Shown one piece after another: positions 1 to 12,863 of a DNA stretch of 64,000 nt. The stretch comes from Macrostomum lignano (taxonomy: Eukaryota). A model generated the notes under the pieces. The model saw only the letters and a program-made list of their open reading frames with translations, made no database searches and was not told the DNA's origin. The first letter of the stretch is position 1; the number at the start of each line of letters is the position of its first letter. The stretch is taken from positions 50,448 to 114,447 of the forward strand of contig NIVC01003160.1 in NCBI GenBank assembly GCA_002269645.1, written 5' to 3'. The translations under genes and the position numbers were made by a program.

Positions 1-3000
1 TAAAATGGATTGCTATTCTATAGACTGGATTGCTAATCTGCAGAACGGATTGCTAATCTATAGACTGGATTGCTAATCTATAGAACGGATTGCTAATCTA
101 TAGAATGGATTGCTAATCTATAGACTGGATTGCTAATCTATAGACTGGATTGCTAATCTATAGACTGGATTGCTAATCTATAGAATGGATTGCTAATCTA
201 TAGAATAGATTGCTAATCTATAGAATGGATTGCTAGTCTATAGAACAGATTGATAATCTATAGAATGGATTGCTAATATATAAAATGGATTGCTAATCTA
301 CAGAATGGATTGCTAATCTATAGAACGGATTCCTAATCTATAGAATGGATTGCTAATCTATAGAATGGATTGCTAATCTATAGAATGAATTGCTAATCTG
401 TACATGCTAATCTATAGAATGGATTGCTAGTCTATAGAATGGATTGCTAATCTATAGAATGGATTGCTAATCTATAGAATGGATTGCTAATCTATAGAAT
501 GGATTGCTAGTCTATAGAATGGATTGCTAATCTATAGAATGGATTGCTAATCTATAGAATGGATTGCTAATCTATAGAATGGATTGCTAATCTATAGAAT
601 AGATTGCTAATCTATAGACTGGATTGCTAATCTATAGAACGGATTGCTAATCTATAGAATGGATTGCTAATCTATAAAATGGATTGCTAATCTATAAACT
701 GGATTGCTAATCTATAGACTGGATTGCTAATCTATAGAATGGAATGCTAATCTATAGAATGGATTGCTAATCTATAGAATGGATTGCTAGTCTATAGAAC
801 AGATTGATAATCTATAGAATGGATTGCTAATATATAAAATGGATTGCTAATCTACAGACTGGATTGCTAGTCTATAGAATGGATTGCTAATCTATAGAAT
901 GGATTGCTAGTCTACAGAATGGATTGCTAATCTATAGAATGGATTGCTTATCTATAGAATGGATTGCTAGTCTTTAGAACAGATTGATAATCTATAGAAT
1001 GGATTGCTAATCTATAGAATGAATTGCTAATCTGTACATGCTAATCTATAGAATGGATTGCTAGTCTATAGAATGGATTGCTAATCTATAGAATGGATTG
1101 CTAATCTATAGAATGGATTGCTAGTCTATAGAATGGATTGATAATCTATAGAATGGATTGCTAATATATAAAATGGATTGCTAATCTACAGAATGGATTG
1201 CTAGTCTATAGAATGGATTGCTAATCTATAGAATGGATTGCTAGTCTATAGAACAGATTGATAATCTATAGAATGGATTGCTAATATATAAAATGGATTG
1301 CTAATCTACAGAATGGATTGCTAATCTATAGAATGGATTGCTAATCTATAGAATGGATTGCTAGTCTTTAGAACAGATTGATAATCTATAGAATGGATTG
1401 CTAATCTATAGAATGAATTGCTAATCTGTACATGCTAATCTATAGAATGGATTGCTAGTCTATAGAATGGATTGCTAATCTATAGAATGGATTGCTAATC
1501 TATAGAATGGATTGCTAATCTATAGAATGGATTGCTAGTCTATAGAATGGATTGCTAATCTATAGAATGGATTGCTAATCTATAGAATGGATTGCTAATC
1601 TATAGAATGGATTGCTAGTCTATAGAATGGATTGCTAATCTATAGAATGGATTGCTAATCTATAGACTGGATTGCTAATCTATAGAACGGATTGCTAATC
1701 TATAGAATGGATTGCTAATCTATAAAATGGATTGCTATTCTATAGACTGGATTGCTAATCTGCAGAACGGATTGCTAATCTATAGACTGGATTGCTAATC
1801 TATAGAACGGATTGCTAATCTATAGAATGGATTGCTAATCTATAGACTGGATTGCTAATCTATAGACTGGATTGCTAATCTATAGACTGGATTGCTAATC
1901 TATAGAATGGATTGCTAATCTATAGAATGGATTGCTAATCTATAGAATGGATTGCTAGTCTATAGAACAGATTGATAATCTATAGAATGGATTGCTAATA
2001 TATAAAATGGATTGCTAATCTACAGAATGGATTGCTAATCTATAGAATGGATTGCTTATCTATAGAATGGATTGCTAATCTATAGAATGGATTGCTAGTC
2101 TATAGAATGGATTGCTAATCTATAGAATGGATTGCTAATCTATAGAATGGATTGCTAATCTATAGAATGGATTGCTAGTCTATAGAATGGATTGCTAATC
2201 TATAGAATGGATTGCTAATCTATAGACTGGATTGCTAATCTATAGAACGGATTGCTAATCTATAGAATGGATTGCTAATCTATAAAATGGATTGCTATTC
2301 TATAGACTGGATTGCTAATCTGCAGAACGGATTGCTAATCTATAGACTGGATTGCTAATCTATAGAACGGATTGCTAATCTATAGAATGGATTGCTAATC
2401 TATAGACTGGATTGCTAATCTATAGACTGGATTGCTAATCTATAGACTGGATTGCTAATCTATAGAATGGATTGCTAATCTATAGAATGGATTGCTAATC
2501 TATAGAATGGATTGCTAGTCTATAGAACAGATTGATAATCTATAGAATGGATTGCTAATATATAAAATGGATTGCTAATCTACAGAATGGATTGCTAGTC
2601 TATAGAATGGATTGCTAATCTATAGAATGGATTGCTAGTCTATAGAACAGATTGATAATCTATAGAATGGATTGCTAATATATAAAATGGATTGCTAATC
2701 TACAGAATGGATTGCTAATCTATAGAATGGATTGCTAATCTATAGAATGGATTGCTAGTCTTTAGAACAGATTGATAATCTATAGAATGGATTGCTAATC
2801 TATAGAATGAATTGCTAATCTGTACATGCCAATCTATAGAATGGATTGCTAATCTATAGAATGGATTGCTAATCTATAGAATGGATTGCTAATCTATAGA
2901 ATGGATTGCTAATCTATAGAATGGATTGCTAGTCTATAGAATGGATTGCTAATCTATAGAATGGATTGCTAATCTATAGAATGGATTGCTAATCTATAGA

Positions 3001-6000
3001 ATGGATTGCTAATCTATAGAATAGATTGCTAATCTATAGACTGGATTGCTAATCTATAGAATGGATTGCTAATCTATAGAATGGAGGGCTAATCTATAAA
3101 ATGGATTGCTATTCTATAGACTGGATTGCTAATCTGCAGAACGGATTGCTAATCTATAGACTGGATTGCTAATCTATAGACTGGATTGCTAATCTATAGA
3201 ACGGATTGCTAATCTATAGAATGGATTGCTAATCTATAAAATGGATTGCTAATCTATAGACTGGATTGCTAATCTATAGAACGGATTGCTAATCTATAGA
3301 CTGGATTGCTAATCTATAGAATGGATTGCTAATCTAAAGAATGGATTGCTAATCTATAGAATGGATTGCTAGTCTATAGAACAGATTGATAATCTATAGA
3401 ATGGATTGCTAATATATAAAATGGATTGCTAATCTACAGAATGGATTGCTAATCTATAGAATGGATTGCTTATCTATAGAATGGATTGCTAGTCTTTAGA
3501 ACAGATTGATAATCTATAGAATGGATTGCTAATCTATAGAATGAATTGCTAATCTGTACATGCTAATCTATAGAATGGATTGGTAGTCTATAGAATGGAT
3601 TGCTAATCTATAGAATGGATTGCTAGTCTATAGAATGGATTGCTAATCTATAGAATGGATTGCTAATCTATAGAATGGATTGCTAATCTATAGAATGGAT
3701 TGCTAATCTATAGAATGGATTGCTAGTCTATAGAATGGATTGATAATCTATAGAATGGATTGCTAATATATAAAATGGATTGCTAATCTACAGAATGGAT
3801 TGCTAGTCTATAGAATGGATTGCTAATCTATAGAATGGATGGCTAGTCTATAGAACAGATTGATAATCTATAGAATGGATTGCTAATATATAAAATGGAT
3901 TGCTAATCTACAGAATGGATTGCTAATCTATAGAATGGATTGCTAATCTATAGAATGGATTGCTAGTCTTTAGAACAGATTGATAATCTATTGAATGGAT
4001 TGCTAGTCTATAGAATGGATTGATAATCTATAGAATGGATTGCTAGTCTATAGAATGGATTGCTAGTCTATAGAATGGATTGCTAATCTATAGAATGGAT
4101 TGATAATCTATAGAATGGATTGCTAATATATAAAATGGATTGCTAATCTACAGAATGGATTGCTAGTCTATACAATGGATTGCTAATCTATAGAATGAAT
4201 TGCTAATCTGTACATGCTAATCTATAGAATGGATTGCTAGTCTATAGAATGGATTGCTAATCTATAGAATGGATTGCTAGTCTATAGAATGGATTGCTAA
4301 TCTATAGACTGGATTGCTAATCTATAGAATGGATTGCTAATCTATAGAATGGATTGCTAATCTATAGAATGGATTGCTAATCTATAGAATGGATTGCTAG
4401 TCTATAGAATGGATTGATAATCTATAGAATGGATTGCTAGTCTATAGAATGGATTGCTAGTCTATAGAATGGATTGCTAATCTATAGAATGGATTGCTAA
4501 TCTATAGAATGGATTGCTAATCTATAGAATGGATTGCTAATCTATAGACTGGATTGCTAATCTATAGAATGGATTGCTAATCTATAGAATGGATTGCTAA
4601 TCTATAGAATGGACTGCTAATCTATAGAATGGACTGCTAATCTATAGAATGGATTGCTAATCTATAGAATGGACTGCTAATCTATAGAATGGATTGCTAA
4701 TCCATAGAATGGATTGCTAATCTATAGACTGGATTGCTAATCTATAGACTGGATTGCTAATCTATAGAATGGATTGCTAATCTATAGACTGGATTGCTAA
4801 TCTATAGAATGGATTGCTAATCTATAGAATGGATTGCTAATCTATAGAATGGACTGCTAATCTATAGAATGGACTGCTAATCTATAGAATGGATTGCTAA
4901 TCTATAGAATGGACTGCTAATCTATAGAATGGATTGCTAATCTATAGACTGGATTGCTAATCTATAGAATGGATTGCTAATCTATAGAATGGATTGCTAA
5001 TCTATAGAATGGACTGCTAATCTATAGAATGGATTGCTAATCTATAGAATGGATTGCTAGTCTATAGAACAGATTGATAATCTATAGAATGGATTGCTAA
5101 TATATAAAATGGATTGCTAATCTACAGAATGGATTGCTAATCTATAGAATGGATTGATTATCTATAGAATGGATTGCTAATCTATAGAATGGATTGCTAA
5201 TCTATAGAATGGATTGCTAGTCTATAGAACAGATCGATAATCTATAGAATGGATTGCTAATATATAAAATGGATTGCTAATCTACAGAATGGATTGCTAA
5301 TCTATAGAATGGATTGCTTATCTATAGAATGGATTGCTAGTCTTTAGAACAGATTGATAATCTATAGAATGGATTGCTAATCTATAGAATGGATTGCTAG
5401 TCGATCTATAGAATGGATTGCTAATCTATAGAATGGATTGCTAGTCTATAGAATGGATTGCTAATCTATAGAATGGATTGCTAATCTATAGAATGGATTG
5501 CTAGTCTATAGAATGGATTGATAATCTATAGAATGGATTGCTAATATATAAAATGGATTGCTAATCTACAGAATGGATTGCTAGTCTATACAATGGATTG
5601 CTAATCTATAGAATGAATTGCTAATCTGTACATGCTAATCTATAGAATGGATTGCTAGTCGATCTATAGAATGGATTGCTAATCTATAGAATGGATTGCT
5701 AGTCTATAGAATGGATTGCTAATCTATAGAATGGATTGCTAATCTATAGAATGGATTGCTAGTCTATAGAATGGATTGATAATCTATAGAATGGATTGCT
5801 AATATATAAAATGGATTGCTAATCTACAGAATGGATTGCTAGTCTATACAATGGATTGCTAATCTATAGAATGAATTGCTAATCTGTACATGCTAATCTA
5901 TAGAATGGATTGCTAGTCTATAGAATGGATTGCTAATCTATAGAATGGATTGCTAGTCTATAGAATGGATTGCTAATCTATAGAATGGATTGCTAATCTA

Positions 6001-6190
6001 TAGAATGGATTGCTAATCTATAGAATGGATTGCTAATATATAAAATGGATTGCTAATCTACAGAATGGATTTCTAGTCTATACAACGGATTGCTAATCTA
6101 TAGAATGAATTGCTAATCTATACATGCTAATCTATAGACTGGATTGATAATCTATAGAATAAATTTCTAGTCTATAGACTCGATCGCTAG
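1..6190 (+). repeat. 20-bp satellite/minisatellite array (GGATTGCTAATCTATAGAAT)n, about 300 units, runs off the left edge
   Basis: Direct reading. Recurrent variant blocks (e.g. GAATTGCTAATCTGTACATGCTAATC, TGCAGAACGG) show higher-order duplication. Each unit contains the palindrome TCTATAGA. Confidence 0.98.
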
Positions 6191-6309
6191 TGTATGGAAC
6201 ATCAAATCTATAGCAACTATAATGACTCCAGTCTCAGTTGTTACTCCTACAGCCACAACAGAGCCGTCAAACAGTAAATAAGTTGGTTTTGCATCACCGC
6301 CTCAACCCG

Positions 6310-6664
6310 CCATCTCTAAACACAGCATCGCAAAGCTGCACTGCAGACATTGAGGGACAGAGAGACATGCTGAAACAAAACGAATCAAGCGAAAAGTATC
6401 GGGACTTTGTCCTTCGATTCCCACGCTTCTTTTTCCCTCTCTGCCAGAAAGAAATTCTGTGGGGGTAATTGTGCAATCATGTTTCCTGGGTAGCAACCCC
6501 GACCCCCCTCAGCCTGGCCTAATGGATCATGGCGCCTCACCCTGGACACCGGATGGGAGAGGCAGCAACAGGCGCTGCAGACACTGCCACAAAATGCTTT
6601 GACAGTTTTCCAAGTCGCTTTCAGCTGATTTCGAGAAACAACATAACTCCTGTGTTGATGAAAT
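6310..6664 (-). CDS. Possible internal exons of an unidentified minus-strand gene (about 6664-6541 and 6369-6310)
   Basis: ctcctctcag|ATT...CCAGG|gtgagg (124 nt, ends phase 1) joins in frame to gtttcag|CATGTC..., giving ISSTQELCCFSKSAESDLENCQSILWQCLQRLLLPLPSGVQACLSVPQCLQCSFAMLCLEMA. No family recognised. Confidence 0.3.
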
Positions 6665-7035
6665 CTGAGAGGAGGGGGCAGCGCAGATGGAAGGGGCTTC
6701 TGCTGCTGTTTCAACATTGGCCCCACTATCATTTTTCTAAGGCAGATGCCAATGCGGAATAAGAAGAATTTGAATGAGAAAATGCGCAGCTCGGGGGCGC
6801 CTCCACTCAGTGGGCCAGGAAGAAAAGTATGGCTTAAAGCGCAGCTACTGATGGGTTTGCAAAAAAGCAATATAATTCAATTTTTGCATAGCTTTTCAAC
6901 TGTGCAGTAAGAATTGCTGGGCAGATTCCATTGGGGGCATTTTTTAATGGTATGTTTTTTAATGCATGCCATTCCCATTGTTGAGCCGCGTTCCAGTCTT
7001 GCAGTAAAATTATCAACCTGATTTCATCTCGTAGC

Positions 7036-7680
7036 TTGTTTCCTCCATCTCTCCCAGGCTCTCTCCTGCTCCATATACCACACTCTCTTCTCCATCTCCA
7101 AGACTCTCTCCTGCCCCATCTCCCAGAGTCTCTCCTGCCCCATCTCCCCGATTTTCTTCTGCTCCATCTTCCAGACTCTCCCCTGCCCCATCTCCCAGAC
7201 TCTCTCCTGCTCCATCTCCCAGACTCTCTCCTGCTCCATCTCCAAGACTCTCTCCTGCTCCATCTCCCAGAGTCTCTCCTGCCCCATCTCCCCGATTTTC
7301 TTCTGCTCCATCTCACAGACTCTCTCCTGCCCCATCTCCCAGACTCTCTCCTGCTCCATCTCCCCTATTCTCACGTGCTCCATCTCCCAGATTATCTTCT
7401 CCATTTCCCAGACTCTCTCCTGCTCCATCTCTTAGAGTCTGCTTCATCTCCCAGACTTTCTCCTGCTCCATCTCCCATACTCTTTTCTCCGTCTCCAAGA
7501 CTCTCTCCCGCTCCATCTCTCAGACTCTCTCCCGCTCCATCTCCCAGACTCTGTCCTCAATCTCCCAGACTCTCTCCTGCTCTATTTCTTAGAGTCTCCC
7601 CTGCTCCATCTGTCAGACTCTCCTGCTTTATCTCCCCGATTTTCTCCTGCTCCATCTCTCAGACTCTCTCCTGCTTCATC
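7036..7680 (+). repeat. About 24-bp pyrimidine-rich minisatellite (CTCCATCTCCCAGACTCTCTCCTG)n
   Basis: Direct reading; it explains the spurious ORFs at 6834-7755. Confidence 0.95.
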
Positions 7681-7940
7681 TTTCAGTCTACCCAATCGCA
7701 AAGAATGAATAAAAAGCTAAAACGCTTTTATTTCTACTTACAAGCTAGCTATTAGTAGCGCATTACGAGACATATTGCATAATTTAAATTTATAAAATCT
7801 GTAAACTTTAAATTTCATAGGTTCAGACAGCCGCTCAAAAATTGCATATAAAATCACCGACAAATCCGAAGGCAAGTCGCCTATCTCAAATAATCTCAGT
7901 CCAAAATCTCACCTTCTTTCTAACAAACAGTCGAAGCCTC

Positions 7941-10900
7941 ATGCATTTCAGCCGCGCCCGAGGCGGCGGCTCCCGCTCTGTCAGCGATGTTGGCAGCGAC
8001 AATCGCCAAGAAACTCCGTCGACATCCGCAATGTCGAAAATTCGACAACATCAGCAAATTCAATTTGGCGGCGGCGGCGGCGCGTCGCGCGACTCCAGCC
8101 TGGAGCGTCACGTGACCTTCTCGCCGGCCACGCGCAGCCCCACGGCCGGGCACCGACGCCCGCCGCCGTCGCCAGTGCCACCGTCGATGAGTCGTCGATT
8201 TGGCGCCGATGACGGCAGCGACGATGACGAGGAAGGAGAAGAAGACGATTATAGAGCTGATGAAGCCGAGCGTCGGGAAGCTGGGCATCTTCATCCGGCC
8301 AGCTTGCTGCAGTTCCCCGGTCGCTCGCTGGTCATCCCGTGCCCGCTGCCGCGGTCCTGCCCGGCGACGCCGCTGCGTCGTTCGCGCGAGTCGACGGCGG
8401 CATCGAAGCAGCCGAGATCAACGCCGGAGGTGAGAGATTCGATTGCGGTGTGAGACCTCAGAGAGTGAGACTCTGAGAATAGATTCCAAAAATGGATGCT
8501 CACTTTAGTGAGACTTTGCAAATTCAATCTAAAAGTGAAAATCCCTGAATGAGGCTTTCAGCAGAGTAAGATTCCTAGGATTGAGACTTTCGTAGTGAGA
8601 TTTTCATAGCGATTTTATCAGGATGAGATTTTAAGAGTGAGATTTTCATAGCGATTTTCTCAGGGTGAGATTTTAAGAGTGAGATTTTCATAGCGATTTT
8701 CTCAGGATGAGATTTTAAGAGTGAGATTTTCATAGCGATTTTCTCAGGGTGAGATTTTAAAAGTGAGATTTTCAGAGTGAGATTCCGGCAGTGAGATTCC
8801 TCAACTGCCACTACCAGAGTGAGATTCCCAGAGTGAGATTTCCAGAGTGAGATTCCCAGAGTGAGATTCCCAGAGTGAGATTCCCAGAGTGAGATTCCCA
8901 GAGTGAGATTCCCAGAGTGAGATTCCCGGAGTGAGATTCCAGCCACCCTGAGACAGATTTCATCCGATGAGTTTCAGGGTATAGGAATCTTTGACTTACA
9001 AAAGTCTTGACATTGCGTGTCACAGGTAATTAAATATTTTTCTAGATTTTTAATAATTAATGCAAATATTGATTTCATCTGGCAATCCTCGTAACCCAAT
9101 GACTTCCGTGGACAGAACCTTCCCATAGATTCCCATGGAGCTTCCCCAAGCTAATCTCCTTCTCGTCTCCAGTAGCACGTGGGCTTCGTCTTCTGATGTT
9201 TCATGAGATGGGGAAAACGCAAACTAATCTTCATCAGTCAGTCACGCTGAATTGGGTGAGGCTGAATTGGGATTCTGTTGTTTTAAAAGGTGAGATTGGG
9301 AGCAAATGACAAATTCAAGCTTTCTGAGGTCTAATCTGAGGGACACGGAAACTCTGTACGGATTCGAAATCTCCCTCCTTAAATTGAATTTTTTAGAATG
9401 TCAGTTCAGGAGTCTCAATCTAGCAATTTCAGCCGGAGAACCTCACTCTGAATCTCACTCTGGGAATCTCACCCTAGGAATCTCACCATGAAAATCTCAC
9501 TCTGGGAATCTCACCCTAAGAATCTCACCATGAAAATCTCACTCTGGGAATCTCACTCTGGGAATCTCACTCTGGGAATCTCACTCTGGAAATTTCATCC
9601 TGGGAATCTCACTCTGGTAAGAGACTCCCAGTCTGGGAATCTCACTGGGAATCTCACTCTGGGAATCTCACTCTGGGAAAATCACTCTGGGAAAATCACT
9701 CCGGGAATCTCATCTCACTCTGGGAATCTCAGTCTGGGAATCTCACTCTGGGATCTCACTCTGGAAATCTCACTCTGGAAATGTCACTCTGGAAATCTCA
9801 CTCTGGGAATCTCACTCTGGGAATCTCACTCTGGTAAGAGACTCCCAGTCTGGGAATCTCACTCTGGGAATCTCACTCTGGGAATCTCACTCTGGAAATC
9901 TCACTCTGGAAATCTCACTCTGGGAATCTCACTCTGGGTATCTCATTCTGGCAATCTCACTCTGGGAATCTCACTCTGGGATCTCAGTCTGTGAATCTCA
10001 CTCTATGAATCACAATTTGGGTATTTCACGACGGTAATCACACCCTGTGAATTAAACTCTGAAAACTCACTCTGGGAATCTCACTCTAAGTTTAAGTACA
10101 TCAGCTAGCAAAGTTTCTCCGGCACTGGTGTACTAATTGTGCAAGTTTTAACAACATGCAATGGCCTCCGTTAAAATGGGAGCAGATGTGAGCCCCTGTG
10201 ACAGTCGCAGTCTCCCTATCCATTGATGTTTTTGTGGGAAACACGACTAAAAACCTGGATGGACGGGGGCCGACTTCCCGTGTTGAAAAGCATTGTCGAA
10301 GTTTCTTTTTAATTAAAAAAAATTCAGCGTATACCTTACCTGCATGAGGATTAGGGCTGAAGCAATAATGCCTACTTATAATACAGTTATTGTCAGGATG
10401 AGGGCATTGTTAACTCTCTGTAGTGCTCAGTCTCGGGGGTGAGAGGCATGTAATGGACACATGAAGGGTATGAGAGTCACGGAAGAGTGGAGTGGAGGGT
10501 TGCAGACATCAGAATCTCATATGAGAGTCACGGGAGAGTCGGGATGACGATGCAGACATCAGATCAAAATCTCATATGAGAGTCACGGTGGTGCAATCAA
10601 AATCTCATATGAGAGTCACGGTGGTGCAATCAAAATCTCATATGAGAGTCACGGTGGTGCAATCAAAATCTCATATGAGAGTCACGGTGGTGCAATCGAA
10701 ATCTCATATGAGAGTCACGGTGGTGCAATCAAAATCTCATATGAGAGTCACGGTGGTGCAATCAAAATCTCATATGAGAGTCACGGTGGTGCAATCAAAA
10801 TCTCATATGAGAGTCACGGTGGTGCAATCAAAATCTCATATGAGAGTCACGGTGGTGCAATCGAAATCTCATATGAGAGTCACGGTGGTGCAATCAAAAT

Positions 10901-12863
10901 CTCATATGAGAGTCACGGTAATGCAATCAAAATCTCATATGAGAGTCACGGGTAGAGGCATCAAAATCTCATATGAGAGTCACGGGGAGAGGCATCAGAA
11001 TCTCATATGAGAGTCAAGAGTAGAGGCATCAGAATCTCATATGAGAGTCACGGGGAGAGGCATCAGAATCTCATATGAGAGTCAAGAGTAGAGGCATCAG
11101 AATCTCATATGAGAGTCAAGAGTAGAGGCATCAGAATCTCATTTGAGAGTCACGGGTAGAGGCATCAAAATCTCATATGAGAGTCACGGTGGTGCAATCA
11201 AAATCTCATATGAAAGTCACGTGTAGAGGCATCAGAATCTCATACGAGAGTCACGGGTGGAGGCATCAAAATCTCATATGAGAGTCACGGGTGGAGGCAT
11301 CAAAATCTCATACGAGAGGCACCGAGAATCTTAGCAATAATTCGAATAAAAAACAAACAAAAGCCTTTTTGTACTTTCAGGTTGCCAGATTATCCGTTGT
11401 CTTCGGGCACTTTGGCTCATTAAAGGCCGTCAATTGATAATTAATGCTAATTTTTCATCTCAGATTCCTCCTCTTCGATGAGGATGTGTCAGGATATTTT
11501 TAGATAAAAACTTCGCAAATTAAGTGATTTATGTAAAACTCATAAATCAACTGAATACGTGATCTGGAATCCTGCTATTGAAATCAGATGGTTAGATTAG
11601 TGAAATTTTATACCATAAGTAGCGAAGAAAGAAATTGGATTATTTCATAATTGAGTGCGACAAAACCATGAATAAATCGCTGAGGAGATAGGAGGGTGAG
11701 AGAGTAGGAAGAGAAGGAGGAAGGCTTGAAATGAAGGTGGGAAAAGAGAGAATGAGGGAGGGAGGGAGAGGGAGACACGGAGAGAAGGAGAGAGTGAGAG
11801 AGAGGGAGAGAGGGAGAGAGGGAGAGAGGGAGAGAGGGAGAGAGAGGGAGAGAGAGAGAGAGAGGAGGGCGCCTCCAATCTCGGGCACTGACACGGTAGA
11901 AAGTCAGAAAGGACTGAAAAAAGTCAATTTAAATTGAGTAGCCGATATTTCGAAATTAAATTTCTTCGTCAGAGCTGTAAGAGAAGGAGAGAGTGAGAGA
12001 GAGGGAGAGAGGGAGAGAGGGAGAGAGGGAGAGAGGGAGAGAGGGAGAGAGGGAGAGAGGGAGAGAGGGAGAGAGGGAGACACGGAGAGAGGAAGAGAGA
12101 GAGGGTGAGAAGGAAAGATGGAGAGAGGGAGAGAGGGAGAGAGGGAGAGAGGGAGAGAGAGAGGGTGAGAAGGAGAGAGGGAGAGAGGGAGAGAGAGGGA
12201 GACAGGGAGGGAGGGAGAGAGGGAGATAGGTAGAAAGGGAGAGGGAGAGAGGGAGACGGGGAGACAGGGAGACAGGGAGAGATGGGAGAACTCCTACAGC
12301 AATAGCTGTTCATCATTATCACCATTTCACAGCAGGATCAGCTGAAGAGGACCGTCAGCAGTTCGGCTGGGATCCCCAGACCGGGTGAAATTTTCCCGAG
12401 CATCGCGGCTCCGGCTCGACTGCCACAGGATGGGGCCGAGGTCGATCACCTGCTCCTGACTGACTGCTTCGATTCCCAGCATCCATTGCTGCTTTTTATC
12501 TTGCCGCCATCGAAGCGGACCCAGCGCGATCATCTAGCAAACTCGGTGTTGCAAACTTTCTCCAATCGAGTTGACGAATTTACCAACTGTCGCTTGATTG
12601 GTCGACTCTGTAGTCATGGTGACACCGAGGAACTCGGTGCGGTAGCTTTTCCAATACTGGTGGACCTGTCGGGTCGTGTTGATGGAGCCTGCGGACTCGG
12701 TGATAACTCGACTGTCTGTGGAATTTTCGCTCTGAGCTGCGTGGATTTTGGAGGCGACAAGCGGGCGATTCTGCAGTGGTCAGCGCTGTTTGCCGCTGTT
12801 GATGGAGCTCCGAAACAGCCTGATGGATGGGTGGAGCTTGCGCTGAAGATGCTTTCTGGATGA
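7941..12863 (+). CDS. Divergent peroxiredoxin-like (AhpC/TSA fold) protein with disordered N-terminus; join(7941..8429,12333..12863), about 339 aa (extra small exons not excluded)
   Basis: Exon 1 ends CCGGAG|gtgaga in phase 0 and exon 2 starts ttcacag|CAGGAT in phase 0. Exon 2 aligns by eye with 2-Cys Prx: PGEIFP~GKPAPDF, LLFILP~VLFFYP, TFSNRVDEF~AFSNRAEDF, LGAVAFPILVD~LGPLNIPLLAD, VELALKML~VDEALRLV. The PxxxTxxC motif reads PSKRTQRD. Confidence 0.65.
8575..8945 (+). repeat. 14-bp minisatellite (GAGTGAGATTCCCA)n with 42-bp trimer variants; left arm of an inverted pair
   Basis: Direct reading; lies in intron 1 of the Prx-like gene. Confidence 0.92.
9440..10090 (-). repeat. Same 14-bp minisatellite in inverted orientation (TGGGAATCTCACTC)n; right arm
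   Basis: The unit is the exact reverse complement of the 8575-8945 unit. Confidence 0.92.
10510..11330 (+). repeat. 33-bp minisatellite (ATGAGAGTCACGGTGGTGCAATCAAAATCTCAT)n
   Basis: Direct reading. Unit junctions form the 12-bp palindrome TCTCATATGAGA. It explains the MRVTVVQSKSH ORF. Confidence 0.95.
11690..12285 (+). repeat. Two purine-rich (GAGAGG-type) simple-repeat blocks separated by about 110 bp of unique sequence
   Basis: Direct reading. Confidence 0.9.
11940..11976 (-). ncRNA. Candidate minimal type I hammerhead ribozyme
   Basis: Minus strand reads AGCU-CUGACGA-A-[GAAAU uua AUUUC]-GAAA-UA-UC^GGCU: intact core, 5-bp stem II, 4-bp stem I with one U.G pair, and a self-complementary AUAU stem III that is shorter than usual. 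Confidence 0.4.

Noticed and set aside
7920-8433. Antisense and alternative-frame ORFs over the GC-rich exon 1 (also over the zinc-finger, SPAG6, RINGv and RTE regions)
   Set aside because: These are shadows of GC-rich coding sequence with few stop codons.
9180-9245. CUGAUGA...GAAAC on the minus strand in the spacer of the inverted arrays
   Set aside because: Three extra nucleotides precede GAAA, stem III cannot form and there is no stem I, so it is not a credible hammerhead.
10328-10345. ATACCTTACCTG resembling the U1 snRNA 5' end
   Set aside because: No U1 stem-loops or Sm site follow; it is simply the complement of a CAG|GTAAG donor-like sequence.
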